This document shows positions 19,999-29,959 of a stretch of 64,000 bases of DNA, one piece after another (position 1 is the stretch's first letter; each line of letters starts with the position of its first letter). The stretch comes from Candidatus Kerfeldbacteria bacterium (GTDB taxonomy: Bacteria; Patescibacteriota; Patescibacteriia; SBBC01; CAIJZX01): NCBI GenBank assembly GCA_903825245.1, contig CAIJZX010000028.1, positions 1,106 to 65,105 on the forward strand, written 5' to 3'. The notes below the pieces were generated by a model. That model did not search any database. It saw only the letters and a list, made by a program, of their open reading frames with translations, and had not been told where the DNA came from. A program made the translations under genes and the position numbers.

Positions 19999-21822
19999 AT
20001 GCCGACACCCGTAGAAGACATAAAGGCTCGCATCGATATCGTCGATTTTATCGGCGAGTCGTTGCCGTTGAAGCAAGCGGGCAATAATTGGAAAGGGAAG
20101 TGCCCGTTCCATAACGAAAAGTCGCCGTCGTTTATGGTGTCGCGCGAGCGCGGCTCGTGGCACTGTTTCGGGTGCGGTGAAGGCGGAGATATTTTTACCT
20201 TTGTCGAAAAACAGGAAGGGTTGGATTTTCCGGAGGCATTGCGATTGCTGGCCAAGCGTGCCGGTGTCCAACTCCGCGAGTACAACGCCGAAGAGCAGAC
20301 GCAACGCACGAAAGTGCTTGATGTCTTGCGCTGGGTGAGCCGATATTACCAGGAAGTGTTCCGCAAAGCCGCTGATGCTGAGCCGGCGCGCGAATATTTA
20401 CAGAAGCGCCAAGTGAATGAAACATCGCTGGAAGATTTTGGTGTTGGTTATGCGCCGGCGGCTTGGGATAGTACGTTTCAAGCATTGAAGAAAAAAGGAT
20501 TTAGCGACGATGATATTTTCCAAGCCGGTTTAACGATTCGCAAAGATCGCGGCGCGGGTTTTTATGATCGTTTCCGCAATCGGATTATGTTCCCGATTCA
20601 GGATGTGCACGGTACAGTTGTCGGATTCAGCGGTCGTGTTCTCGATGCGCTCGTTGATCCGAAAGGACCGGTGCCGGCGAAGTACATCAACTCACCGCAA
20701 ACCATCGTTTATGACAAAGGAAATATCTTGTATGGTTTAGATAAAGCCAAGCAGGCGATAAAAAAAGCAGACAAGGCGGTCATCGTCGAAGGACAGATGG
20801 ATTGCCTCATGTCGCATCAAGCGGGCGTGAACAACGTCGTAGCGTCGTCGGGCACGGCATTGACCGCCGAGCACGTTAGTTTACTCAAACGGTTTACGAC
20901 GAACTTGGTACTGTCGTTCGATCAAGATGCGGCGGGGGCGCAAGCGGCGCTTCGCGGAGTTGACCAAGCCTTGATGGCAAAGATGAGCGTGCGCATCGTC
21001 CGGCTCACGCAAGGCAAAGATCCGGATGAGCTGATAAAAAACGATCTGCCGGCGTGGCAGAAGGCGATTGATAGCGCCCAGCCGTTGATGGAGTATTACG
21101 TCCAAGAGGCGACGGCGGGAAAAGATTTACAGAGCGTTGATGATAAAAAAGCAGTAGTGAAGTTCCTGTTACCGATTATCGGCAAGCTCGGCGATCCAGT
21201 TGAACGATCGCACTATCTCCAACAATTGGCCGACATGGTGCACGTCGAACGCGATGCTCTTCAGCAATCGCTTGATGCACAGGCACCGAAACGCCAAGCA
21301 TCGACCACCCAACCGGTGCCTGTCAAACAGAAAACCGAAGCCATCGCCGACCTCCGCGTTGACCGTTTTCGTGCGGTTTCGGAGCGATTGGTGGCCTTAT
21401 TTGTTCATGAGCCTTCATTGCTTGACCGATTTGCCAGCGGGTTTGACCCGGCTGTGCTTGTGGGGCAGGATCTTCAGACCCTATACAAGACGCTCATCAT
21501 CTGGTATAGTGTAAATCACTTTTCTACCCGCCATGCCTTGGCGGATGCAGCCTCGTCACTCGACCCGGAACAACAGGAGTTATTTACCCTCCTCACCCTC
21601 CTCGGAGATCATGAGTATCCCGATGGAATTACACCGAGCGTCGAACACGATATTTTAACGATGATCGTCGCCATGAAGCGTCGGTCACTCTCTCTCGAAT
21701 TACATCGGCTCGAAGCCGATATTCGCCGTCTCGAGCAATCGGGTGGCGCCAATGCCAGCCAACTCTCGGAGTTGTTGGCCAATGTGCAAACCGTGACCGA
21801 TCAACTTCGGACACTCGAGTAG
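19999..21822 (+). CDS. dnaG: DNA primase DnaG
   Basis: CHC2 zinc finger ([14 protein letters not shown]...[11 protein letters not shown]), Toprim region ([11 protein letters not shown]...FDQDAAG), 607 aa. Confidence 0.9.
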   Translation: MPTPVEDIKARIDIVDFIGESLPLKQAGNNWKGKCPFHNEKSPSFMVSRERGSWHCFGCGEGGDIFTFVEKQEGLDFPEALRLLAKRAGVQLREYNAEEQTQRTKVLDVLRWVSRYYQEVFRKAADAEPAREYLQKRQVNETSLEDFGVGYAPAAWDSTFQALKKKGFSDDDIFQAGLTIRKDRGAGFYDRFRNRIMFPIQDVHGTVVGFSGRVLDALVDPKGPVPAKYINSPQTIVYDKGNILYGLDKAKQAIKKADKAVIVEGQMDCLMSHQAGVNNVVASSGTALTAEHVSLLKRFTTNLVLSFDQDAAGAQAALRGVDQALMAKMSVRIVRLTQGKDPDELIKNDLPAWQKAIDSAQPLMEYYVQEATAGKDLQSVDDKKAVVKFLLPIIGKLGDPVERSHYLQQLADMVHVERDALQQSLDAQAPKRQASTTQPVPVKQKTEAIADLRVDRFRAVSERLVALFVHEPSLLDRFASGFDPAVLVGQDLQTLYKTLIIWYSVNHFSTRHALADAASSLDPEQQELFTLLTLLGDHEYPDGITPSVEHDILTMIVAMKRRSLSLELHRLEADIRRLEQSGGANASQLSELLANVQTVTDQLRTLE

Positions 21823-21941
21823 ATGTTCCTTCGCAGTATCAACGTTCCAGAATACTTCACAGCTCGTCGCCTTGTCGACCGCTGAAGCTTCAGGACGAAG
21901 ATAACTTTTTTATCCATTGTTATAGAGAGGATTTTTTCACC

Positions 21942-23162
21942 ATGCCAAAAAAAGTAGTCAAGAGCAGTAAGCATCCAGCGCCGAAAAAGCACCCGGCAGC
22001 GAAACGAAACAAATCGAATAAGCGATACGTCGCAAAAACAGCGCCGCGTGCTCCGCGACCACCACGACCGGTGATCACGCCGGAAACTATTGCCGATCTT
22101 GTGCGAAAAGGACGCCAACGCGGTTTCTTAACCGAGACCGAGTTATTGTATGCCTTTCCGGATCTTGAGAATTATATTGACCAGTATGAAGGCGCGCTCG
22201 ATGAGTTTGAAAAGAACGGCGTCCAAATCGTAGAAAATGCCGGCAGCATTCTCGAGCCGGTCAAGCCGTCATTTCTCGAACCAGCACACGCCAAGAAACA
22301 TTTGCCGACTGATGAGCGCCATTTTGATTTAGGTGATATTTCTGGCGACTCGATTCAAATGTACTTACGAGAAATTGGTAAAGTCCCATTGCTCACCGGT
22401 GAAGAAGAGGTCTCGTTAGCCAAGCGCAAAGAAGCTGGAGATGTTGAAGCTTCGAAGCGTCTCGTTGAGGCTAACCTTCGACTCGTTGTTTCGATCGCTA
22501 AGAAGTTTACCGGACGATCACTGTCACTACTTGATCTTATTCAAGAAGGGAATATTGGGTTGTTTCGGGCAGTTGAAAAATTTGATTATCGTAAAGGGTA
22601 TAAGTTTTCAACGTATGCCACCTGGTGGATTCGACAAGCGATCACTCGCGCCCTTGCCGATCAATCCCGCACCATCCGTATTCCGGTGCACATGGTTGAA
22701 ACGATCAATAAGTTCCAGCAGATCCAGCGCCAACTCATTCAGGACCTCGGTCGTGAACCGCTGCCGGAAGAAATTGCCGCGGAAATGGGCGAGCCAATCG
22801 ACAAGATCCGCCACGTCATGAAAATTTCTCAAGACACGGTATCGTTGGAAACATCGGTTGGTGAGGACGATGAAGACTCGACACTCGGTGACTTCATCGA
22901 AGACGTTAAAACAGTGTCGCCGGATAAAGTGGCCGCTCTGCAACTGTTGCGCGATGATGTTCGCACGATTATCGAATCGCTCAGTCCGCGTGAACAGAAA
23001 ATTCTGGAAATGCGCTTTGGATTAAATGACGGTGTGGCACACACACTTGAAGAAGTCGGTCAGGAGTTCGGCGTCACGAGAGAGCGTATTCGCCAAATCG
23101 AATCGAAAGCGCTGGAGAAAATCCAACAGCATCAGCACATGCGGAAACTTAAAGACTATTAG
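21942..23162 (+). CDS. rpoD: RNA polymerase sigma-70 factor RpoD
   Basis: Region 2 ([40 protein letters not shown]), region 3, and region 4.2 ([27 protein letters not shown]). Confidence 0.9.
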   Translation: MPKKVVKSSKHPAPKKHPAAKRNKSNKRYVAKTAPRAPRPPRPVITPETIADLVRKGRQRGFLTETELLYAFPDLENYIDQYEGALDEFEKNGVQIVENAGSILEPVKPSFLEPAHAKKHLPTDERHFDLGDISGDSIQMYLREIGKVPLLTGEEEVSLAKRKEAGDVEASKRLVEANLRLVVSIAKKFTGRSLSLLDLIQEGNIGLFRAVEKFDYRKGYKFSTYATWWIRQAITRALADQSRTIRIPVHMVETINKFQQIQRQLIQDLGREPLPEEIAAEMGEPIDKIRHVMKISQDTVSLETSVGEDDEDSTLGDFIEDVKTVSPDKVAALQLLRDDVRTIIESLSPREQKILEMRFGLNDGVAHTLEEVGQEFGVTRERIRQIESKALEKIQQHQHMRKLKDY

Positions 23163-23222
23163 AACACCCCCAGTCCTACGGACAACCCCCTCCCACGACT
23201 ACCCCATACTCACTTCGCTCGA

Positions 23223-23250
23223 CCCCTCCTCGCAAAGGAGGGGTTTGGGG
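23223..23250 (+). terminator. terminator after rpoD
   Basis: Stem CCCCTCCT/AGGAGGGG (same stem sequence as the groEL terminator), followed by TTTGGGG. Confidence 0.45.
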
Positions 23251-23324
23251 GGCGCTGAAAAGACTGACCGTTGACGAGAATAGCATTTTTCCTTATACTC
23301 CTCCTGTTCTTGAACACTGTTGAT

Positions 23325-23396
23325 TCCCAGGTAGCTCAATGGTAGAGCAATCGGCTGTTAACCGATTGGTTCTCGGTTCGAATCCGAGCCTGGGAG
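23325..23396 (+). tRNA. tRNA-Asn (anticodon GTT), copy 1
   Basis: Acceptor TCCCAGG/CCTGGGA, D-arm GCTC-AATGGTA-GAGC, anticodon arm ATCGG-CTGTTAA-CCGAT (GTT), T-arm CTCGG-TTCGAAT-CCGAG. No encoded CCA. Confidence 0.85.
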
Positions 23397-23586
23397 GTTA
23401 GAGGAGAAGTTGCCCGGCGACCGACCCCTATCCAAACCGCCCCACTGCCTTAGCCAAATTCTCTCGTCCCTCACATCGTCGAATTTTCCAAAAGCGTCAA
23501 AGATGAGGAGACTAGGCACGATATTCGAACCAGTCCATTTCCTGTAGAATAGTAGAATCTTTGAAAACATTTTGAGCGCTATTGAT

Positions 23587-23661
23587 TCCCAGGTAGCTCA
23601 GCGGTAGAGCAATCGGCTGTTAACCGATTGGTCGTCGGTTCGAATCCGACCCTGGGAGCCA
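23587..23661 (+). tRNA. tRNA-Asn (anticodon GTT), copy 2, CCA encoded
   Basis: Same acceptor and anticodon arms as copy 1 with diverged D-loop (agcgg) and T-stem (GTCGG/CCGAC). It shares the 12-nt leader ttgattcccagg. Confidence 0.85.
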
Positions 23662-23709
23662 AGAGCGTTTGAGGTGAGTTTACACGGAAAATCACAGGTT
23701 CGAATCCTG

Positions 23710-23737
23710 TCCCCGGGTACGGTGGGGATTTTGGTTT
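23710..23737 (+). terminator. possible terminator after the tRNA-Asn pair
   Basis: Stem TCCCC/GGGGA with a 9-nt loop, followed by TTTTGGTTT. Confidence 0.3.
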
Positions 23738-23759
23738 ACAAAAGTGATACAATTGAACC

Positions 23760-24338
23760 ATGACACTCATTAAGTACCAGGAGTTCCTACTTCACTTTCC
23801 GACATCAGAACAAAGGATCTTCCATCTCGGTACAATTACGGAAAGATATTTTTACATGTCTGAAGATCAGGTTGAGGAGTTTCAAAAAGAGCTTGCCGCA
23901 GTATTTGACCCATCAAGAAGATTCACTAAACCCGCTGATAGGCTGTACTCGTTCTGTTTTGGTTTCTATTCCCTGATAAGGGTTACTCTAGAAGCAACGT
24001 ACAAACTGAATCAATACTTTGACAAGAAGTATAGTAACCAGGAATTACAGCAATACCGTGAAGATTGGTTTACACGGATTGACGCAATAAGGCAGATAGC
24101 AAATGATATCGTCAAACATCCCCTCGATGATGAGACAAGAAAGAAAGATTACTTTTTTGAACCAGGAGGCTCAGATAGCATGGGGTCTGTTACCATCTAC
24201 AAATGGTGGATCGACCCCCAAAAAGAGATGGATTTCTCCAAAGAGATAAAACCAGCAATAGATTTGCAAACCGTCTTTGATTATCTAGAAGGGCTTGCCG
24301 AAAAGTACTCAGCCGTTCTGGGTGCAGTGGTAAAATAA
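23760..24338 (+). CDS. hypothetical protein (AT-rich island)
   Basis: 192-aa ORF in DNA markedly AT-richer than the core genes, immediately downstream of the tRNA-Asn pair. Confidence 0.4.
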   Translation: MTLIKYQEFLLHFPTSEQRIFHLGTITERYFYMSEDQVEEFQKELAAVFDPSRRFTKPADRLYSFCFGFYSLIRVTLEATYKLNQYFDKKYSNQELQQYREDWFTRIDAIRQIANDIVKHPLDDETRKKDYFFEPGGSDSMGSVTIYKWWIDPQKEMDFSKEIKPAIDLQTVFDYLEGLAEKYSAVLGAVVK

Positions 24339-24396
24339 GTTCCAAGGTACAAAATAGAACCGAAGTCTCTTTCAAGTATTACCTACATAAGCCAGT

Positions 24397-25305
24397 ATGA
24401 AAATAGTAAAACCTATAAAGGCAGACATTGTTTGGCATACTTGGCTTCAAAGCGAGTGGTTTAGAATTGAGCAAGATAATCACGAAATTTCTCATCTAAT
24501 ACCCCTTGTTCTCAATCCAAACTTTGGAGATGAGAACGAAAACAAAATAAGGTTAGAAACCCTAAGATTACGCAGGGGTCTTATAATTGATAAAATGCCT
24601 GATGGGACTAATTGGTTTGAAGTAGAAATTGAAGAAAAAGATATAAATAACTTATTTATTATCCCTTCTCCCGATTGGTTTATGGATACGAATGGGACAT
24701 TCAAATTATCTGCGCTTGGAGAGAACCTAAAGCCTGGTCGTGGTTCACGAATTCATGGTATGGAAAATATTGATCACTTCCAAGAAGTTCAGCGAAAGGT
24801 TAAGTATCTTTCTGAACATTCAGAAATCGAATCTCAGGAGTTGCCCATTATTATTGCTACTCAAAACTCCGGACCATACACAATTATTGATGGCACTCAT
24901 CGAGTGGGTGCCTGGCTTCAAACCAATAAGGCTTTTCACTGGAAGATGTACTTGGCCGTGAACTCGGCCTTTGATAATTACGTTTTTAATGCTGATGGTA
25001 ATCAAGTCCACAATACAATCACTGAGCTACAGAAAAATCCTACAATTTCTGTCATTCTTGTAACAATTATCGACTTTGTTGCCTTCCTCCCCACATATCG
25101 AAAAAGCTATGAGGAGCCACACACCGAGACCATCACGACCTATTTCCTGAGTGGAGCATCCAGTCTTGTCGCCCTATTCGCACTCGCTGAGTATTCAGTC
25201 GCTACATCGCTTTACGTATCTAGTCTAGTAATAACAAACGCCGTAGTTGTAGTGATTCTAGTGATACGAAGAAAGAGCGTTAAACAATCAACGGGCATCA
25301 TTTAG
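24397..25305 (+). CDS. ParB/Srx-like nuclease-domain protein fused to a C-terminal 3-TM membrane half-module
   Basis: N-terminal soluble domain with ATQNSGPYTIIDGTHRVGAW (ParB-like DGxHR). The C-terminal ~80 aa (ISVILVTIIDFVAFLPTYRKSYEEP...VILVIRRKS) are paralogous to the second half of the membrane protein at 45673..46260. Confidence 0.45.
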   Translation: MKIVKPIKADIVWHTWLQSEWFRIEQDNHEISHLIPLVLNPNFGDENENKIRLETLRLRRGLIIDKMPDGTNWFEVEIEEKDINNLFIIPSPDWFMDTNGTFKLSALGENLKPGRGSRIHGMENIDHFQEVQRKVKYLSEHSEIESQELPIIIATQNSGPYTIIDGTHRVGAWLQTNKAFHWKMYLAVNSAFDNYVFNADGNQVHNTITELQKNPTISVILVTIIDFVAFLPTYRKSYEEPHTETITTYFLSGASSLVALFALAEYSVATSLYVSSLVITNAVVVVILVIRRKSVKQSTGII

Positions 25306-25307
25306 CG

Positions 25308-25420
25308 ATCCACGACCCACCCGCTTCAACTCCTCTCTTGAAAAATCGTCCGAAAAACCCTTAAAAGTCTATTTTGAGACAGTCCTGAAACAGCCTTAAG
25401 AAGTGTCTCAAGTTTCTCAA
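25308..25420 (+). repeat. promoter-bearing repeat, copy D (permuted core/tail order)
   Basis: gatccacgacccacccgcttcaactcctctcttgaaaaatcgtccgaaaaacccttaaaagtct aligns with copies A and B (~75% identity). It embeds TTGAAA-N17-TTAAAA (25338-25366) and is followed by the tail motif gagaca...ccttaagaagtgtctca. Confidence 0.5.
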
Positions 25421-25542
25421 AATCTGCTACAATAGCCGAAAGACCGCCTAATTCCTTGTAAGGCTCCAAATCCAGACCGGAGTGGCGAGCCAACAGTGTT
25501 TTTAGTATCAACAACCAGGCGCCTGGAATGATTGCGATGCGA

Positions 25543-26076
25543 TTACGAGCTGGTTGTACTGGTGGTGTCTGATGTCGTCGGAGCTGTTTCAGCACCGCCG
25601 TGTCCGCCGCCCATGCCGGTGTCCGTGCCGGTCACTTTGTAGTTAGCGTCGAACTTCACGGTAATCTGTGTACCGTCGGCCTTAGTCATATGCGCCTCGT
25701 AGGTCGCGCCTTCGGCGTCGGTTTCAACGCGTTGGATTGTTCCGCCCGGATAGGCGGCGAGTGCAGCGGCTGTCACCTTCGTGGCTGTGTCACCAGTCAG
25801 AAGTGTCTCAGTAATGCCGTTGGCGGTGTGGCCGCCTTTACTGGGGTCGTGTTGTTCAGGAGGCGATGGTGTGGTTGCGGCAGTGGTTGTAGCGGTAGTT
25901 GTTGAATCATCAGTAGTACTTGCGGCATTGGCAGTTACAGTGCGGATGAGTGATCCGCCGAGTCCGCCTATGAGCAAGGCGGTAGCGGCAATTCCGGTGA
26001 CCATCAGATTTTTCTTGGAAGCCATAGAGCTGTGTCCTTTCGTGTTAGTCACTAAGAAAACCAGCATAACAGTCAC
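25543..26076 (-). CDS. secreted PepSY-like domain protein with Thr/Ala-rich low-complexity regions
   Basis: Signal peptide/TM at the N-terminus. TKVTAAALAAYPGGTIQRVETDAEGATYEAHMTKADGTQITVKFDANYKVTG fits the PepSY pattern and is flanked by T/S-rich tracts. Confidence 0.45.
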   Translation of the reverse strand: MTVMLVFLVTNTKGHSSMASKKNLMVTGIAATALLIGGLGGSLIRTVTANAASTTDDSTTTATTTAATTPSPPEQHDPSKGGHTANGITETLLTGDTATKVTAAALAAYPGGTIQRVETDAEGATYEAHMTKADGTQITVKFDANYKVTGTDTGMGGGHGGAETAPTTSDTTSTTSS

Positions 26077-26130
26077 AACTGAAATATTGCTTACACTCCT
26101 TCTGGCCAGCGTTAAGAGTATATTTTTTCC

Positions 26131-26634
26131 GTGTACACAACAGGGTCATGTTATACTTGTGGTATGTTTCGAACAGTCTTTATTACGACATCAAAGAAAA
26201 CATCAGAAGTAGTTTTGGGTACAGGGTTGTTTATCGCGAGTGAATCGCTGTTTATTTTTACTGTCCATAAACTCGGTTGGGCGGTTGCGGCTACACTGTA
26301 TTCCGTTTTTTACAGTGCATTATGCCTGATGATATTTCGCTGGTTTCATCACGAAGCGACTACAGTTTCACGTGTTGGAAATGTCACTCGCTGGATTATT
26401 GCCAAAGGTGCCGCAGTAAAAACAAAATACCACAAACTTTTTAAAACCAGCGCACCGTTAGCAATATTTCTGTTATCGCCGCTCGTGGGCGTGTTTGTGG
26501 TGACGGTCGTTATTGGCTTGCTCGGCTATACGGGAAAACGAGCATATATGATGCTGATTATCCAGACGATTGAATGCGAAATACTTTGGGCGCTGATCTA
26601 TGCCGGCGCTCTGCATCTCGTGATTGGAAAATAA
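26131..26634 (+). CDS. hypothetical small multi-pass membrane protein
   Basis: 167 aa, 4-5 hydrophobic helices. Confidence 0.4.
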   Translation: MYTTGSCYTCGMFRTVFITTSKKTSEVVLGTGLFIASESLFIFTVHKLGWAVAATLYSVFYSALCLMIFRWFHHEATTVSRVGNVTRWIIAKGAAVKTKYHKLFKTSAPLAIFLLSPLVGVFVVTVVIGLLGYTGKRAYMMLIIQTIECEILWALIYAGALHLVIGK

Positions 26635-26727
26635 CAACGCGTATATTTAGCCATTAGGTCTCTAGCGGAGTCATTGACTTTATTGGTATACTATGGTTTA
26701 CAACTCTGTTTCATCACCGTAAACCAC

Positions 26728-29112
26728 ATGTCGGATCGATATATTCCCTCAACTATTTTACACGAACTCAAGTCTCACGAATTGGAGGATCGTGATCGAG
26801 CCATGGTTGAAGTTGCCCCGGAGGTTGAGCGGCCAACAGGTGCGTCACTCACACTAGCGGAGCATTTTCGGTTAATCCGAGACACAATCCAGGATGTCGT
26901 GGAGCCGGTACCGGAATTAATTCCGGATAAAGTGACGGAAGACACCCCCGAGGTGAAAGAATTACGTGAGTTATTGACGCCGGAATTGAGCGCGGAACAC
27001 GGCAAAATTCTACGGACATTAGTACGAAAAACACAAGTAAGCGATCAGCATGTAACCAGGGAAATTGTCGATATTGAAGCGTCAGCCACTATCGATATAT
27101 TGGAGCACTGGATTAACGGTGTACTTGCCAATGTTGCTGATCGACGGCCGGATTGGAGTGCCGCTGATCGCGAAGAACTTGAGGCTACGTGCTGGATGTA
27201 CTTCGACGCATTGGGTGTGACGTTGAATACACGCTCGGTCGAGGAAGACGTTCGTCAATTCAAGACGGATCGTCATTTTGAAACAACCGATGGAAAAGAC
27301 CGAACCGCCCTTCGCCAGGAACTACAATCCACCGTTCAGGAACGGTATCAATTATCTGAAGTTGACGCGGCAGCCATGGTCGATCTTGTTGAGGCGCAAG
27401 ACAAGGGTAAGCCATACAATCTTCGCGTGCTGATCGATACCTGTGCGAGATTGTGGAAGGATTACGACCTAGACTCTCAGAAGGGACAATTAGGAAAAAT
27501 TTCATTGGGGTACTTGATCGGCAAAAGTGCTGAGAGTTTTGCGCCATATGTCATGAAGGATCTGTATAAAGAAGGAGGTTTTAATTTTGCAGCCTTTGCT
27601 GAGTTTTGGGGTCTCAACTGGAGCTCGGAAATAATTCAGGCCAAGGCCGGGATTGAATTAGAAAAGGTACTGCAAGATATCGGACAGCGGATTAACGAAC
27701 GGATTGTTAATTCACTTTTTTACGAACAGTTCGAATTTGTTCACGAACGATCGCTTGGTGAAGTGTATACAAAACTTCAGCGCGGCAAGAATGCTGTCAA
27801 AGGGATGGTAGGAGAAGTTACCGGTCGGTTCATTCCAACCTTAGCGGGTACAGGGATGTCGATCGGTTTTCTGACGAAGATTAATCCGGTGTTGGGCGGT
27901 GTTGGTCTTGCCGGCTTACCGATTATGTACCATATTGCCCGTCGTCAAAATGAAGCTCAGCGGCGAATGCAAGATCGATTGGAAAAGCAGGATGAGGCGA
28001 TCATGGGATCCTTAGACAAGGCTATACATGGAATTGAAGAAATTCGTACCTCGGCCGAAGCGCCGACCATTGCCGGTGAGGTGCAAAGTACGATGGATGA
28101 ATCGGAACGTTTGAGTTATACCTGGAACGTCGAATCAACGAAACGGATGATGGCGCGGATGATTCCCTACAACGTTACGAGTCTTGCGGCGGGTGGCATC
28201 GGAACCCTACTGCAACGGATGGGGAAGATCGAACCGGGAGCGGTTTTTTCCAATATTATTTATACGAACCAACTTAATCGACCGCTACAGGAATTGGTAC
28301 GAATTTATTTTGATGATCTCTCGCGCTATGTTCAGGATATCGATCGTATGAACGGCATCCTCAGTGATATTGAATCGCAAGACTTGCCGGACGGTGAACG
28401 CGAACAAGGGCGGACTGCGGTTTCATCCTTGCCGAATGTCGATATTTCTCTCCACGGTGTGGGGTATAAAGATATTTTACGCGATGTTGATATCGATGTT
28501 CATCAGGGTGAATTTGTGACTATCGCTGGTCCATCTGGGGCGGGAAAATCAACACTCTTGAGGACGCTGGTTGGTTTGTACAAACCTACACAAGGGACTA
28601 TTACGATGGGCGGTACGCCGGTCGATGATATTAAACGGTATGGCGCGGACTCGCTCTATGGAGCGATGTCCTATGCCAATCAACGGCCGCAGTATTTCGA
28701 AGACATGACACTGCGACAGAATCTGTTGCTGTGGGCCCGGGAATCGGTTGATGATGGACAAATCAACACAACGCTGAAAGAGCTCCACCTCGATCACTTA
28801 GTGGCACGACTTGATGAAAAAATGAGTAATGCTTCTGGCGGAGAACTGGTGCGAATTGGGGTTGCCCGAACATTGCTTAAAAAACCGCGAATCATGTTAC
28901 TCGATGAACCAACATCCAGCCTCGACTCACAATCTGCCGACGAAGTCCGACGGGTTATTCAGGAGCTGCGCGTCAAACACCCAACAACAACAATTATTTG
29001 TGTCTCACATGACCCGACGTTGATTGCCATGGGAGAGCGAACGATCGAAATCCAAAAAGGAACCGGCATCACCGCTGCTGAACAGCAACCGCTAGAGACC
29101 GTTTCGGTGTAA
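26728..29112 (+). CDS. atypical ABC-exporter-type protein: C-terminal ABC ATPase with a largely hydrophilic, degenerate N-terminal 'TMD'
   Basis: Walker A GPSGAGKST, signature ASGGELVRIGVARTL, Walker B IMLLDEPTSSLD. The segment preceding the NBD (AVFSNIIYTNQLNRPLQELVRIYFDDLSRYVQDIDRMNGIL) resembles the end of exporter TM6 and the coupling region. Only 2-3 hydrophobic stretches are visible in the first ~550 aa. Start taken at ATG 26728; the ORF track TTG is at 26674. Confidence 0.6.
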   Translation: MSDRYIPSTILHELKSHELEDRDRAMVEVAPEVERPTGASLTLAEHFRLIRDTIQDVVEPVPELIPDKVTEDTPEVKELRELLTPELSAEHGKILRTLVRKTQVSDQHVTREIVDIEASATIDILEHWINGVLANVADRRPDWSAADREELEATCWMYFDALGVTLNTRSVEEDVRQFKTDRHFETTDGKDRTALRQELQSTVQERYQLSEVDAAAMVDLVEAQDKGKPYNLRVLIDTCARLWKDYDLDSQKGQLGKISLGYLIGKSAESFAPYVMKDLYKEGGFNFAAFAEFWGLNWSSEIIQAKAGIELEKVLQDIGQRINERIVNSLFYEQFEFVHERSLGEVYTKLQRGKNAVKGMVGEVTGRFIPTLAGTGMSIGFLTKINPVLGGVGLAGLPIMYHIARRQNEAQRRMQDRLEKQDEAIMGSLDKAIHGIEEIRTSAEAPTIAGEVQSTMDESERLSYTWNVESTKRMMARMIPYNVTSLAAGGIGTLLQRMGKIEPGAVFSNIIYTNQLNRPLQELVRIYFDDLSRYVQDIDRMNGILSDIESQDLPDGEREQGRTAVSSLPNVDISLHGVGYKDILRDVDIDVHQGEFVTIAGPSGAGKSTLLRTLVGLYKPTQGTITMGGTPVDDIKRYGADSLYGAMSYANQRPQYFEDMTLRQNLLLWARESVDDGQINTTLKELHLDHLVARLDEKMSNASGGELVRIGVARTLLKKPRIMLLDEPTSSLDSQSADEVRRVIQELRVKHPTTTIICVSHDPTLIAMGERTIEIQKGTGITAAEQQPLETVSV

Positions 29113-29862
29113 CCACGCGATCGGATCATCCCACGCCGAAAGCTCGCCTTTGGTTTGGACGTAGCCCTTGTAATTGATATTTGCTCCCTTGATAATTCCG
29201 AAGTGGAGGTGCTTTCGTTCGCCGTCAGTTTCGCTTGAGTAACCGGTGCCGAGGACGGCAATTTTTTGTCCCGTCGTGGCTTTGTCGCCTTTCTTAACGG
29301 TGAACGATGTGATGCGTAAATGGCCGAAGAGCGCGGTCACAGTTTCGCCGTTGATGGTGTATTGAATCATCATCACGCCACCATATCCGTTGACATGCCC
29401 AGCGAAAACAACCGTACCATCGGCGATAGAATAAATCGGAACATCCGTTGTCGCCTCAGACGCCGTGGTTTCTGCATCAGCTCCGGTGTGGTAGCCGGTG
29501 AATTTTTCCGGTTGAACTGGCGATGTTTTTGGCGTAATATAGATGCCGAAGGGTTTTTTTGTGACGCGGGAAAAGAAATTCTCGATCGGGACTACTATCT
29601 TTGGAGTAACCGTTGGTTGAGTAACTGGCGGGATTATAGTGGTATTTGAGTTTACTGAGGAGTTCATGTTGGCTGTTGTACTTGTCGTGTTGTCAACAGC
29701 ACTATTTGATATTGGTATAGTAGTATTGTTATTTTCGGTAACATGAGTGTTGATTGTGGTGGAGGCCGGCGTGGTTGTTGATTGTGGACGCGTAAATACA
29801 TAGACACCAGTGCCGACGACAAGCAGGACAATGGCGATCATCAACCATGTTTTTTGTACCAT
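29092..29862 (-). CDS. M23 family metallopeptidase (LytM-like), membrane anchored
   Basis: YHTGADAE...DGTVVFAGHVNGYGGVMMIQY...HLHFGIIK are the M23 HxxxD and HxH motifs. N-terminal TM and a T/S/N-rich linker. Confidence 0.8.
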   Translation of the reverse strand: MVQKTWLMIAIVLLVVGTGVYVFTRPQSTTTPASTTINTHVTENNNTTIPISNSAVDNTTSTTANMNSSVNSNTTIIPPVTQPTVTPKIVVPIENFFSRVTKKPFGIYITPKTSPVQPEKFTGYHTGADAETTASEATTDVPIYSIADGTVVFAGHVNGYGGVMMIQYTINGETVTALFGHLRITSFTVKKGDKATTGQKIAVLGTGYSSETDGERKHLHFGIIKGANINYKGYVQTKGELSAWDDPIAWLHRNGL

Positions 29863-29959
29863 GTGGATACTATACCAGTCGTCTCCTTGGTTGTATACTG
29901 ACCACGAAAAGCATCAAATATTCAGGAAACCTTCAGATGCTCATAGTTTACTATATCTC

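Noticed and set aside
23662-23720. Third tRNA gene after the tRNA-Asn pair
   Set aside because: Only a T-arm (ACAGG-TTCGAAT-CCTGT) plus CCCCGGG is present. There is no matching 5' acceptor strand, D-arm or anticodon arm upstream. It is treated as a tRNA remnant plus terminator.
26674-26692. Promoter TTGACT...TATACT upstream of the ABC-like gene
   Set aside because: The two hexamers are only 7 nt apart, incompatible with a sigma70 16-18-nt spacer. The TTG at 26674 used as the ORF-track start is therefore also doubted; ATG 26728 is preferred.
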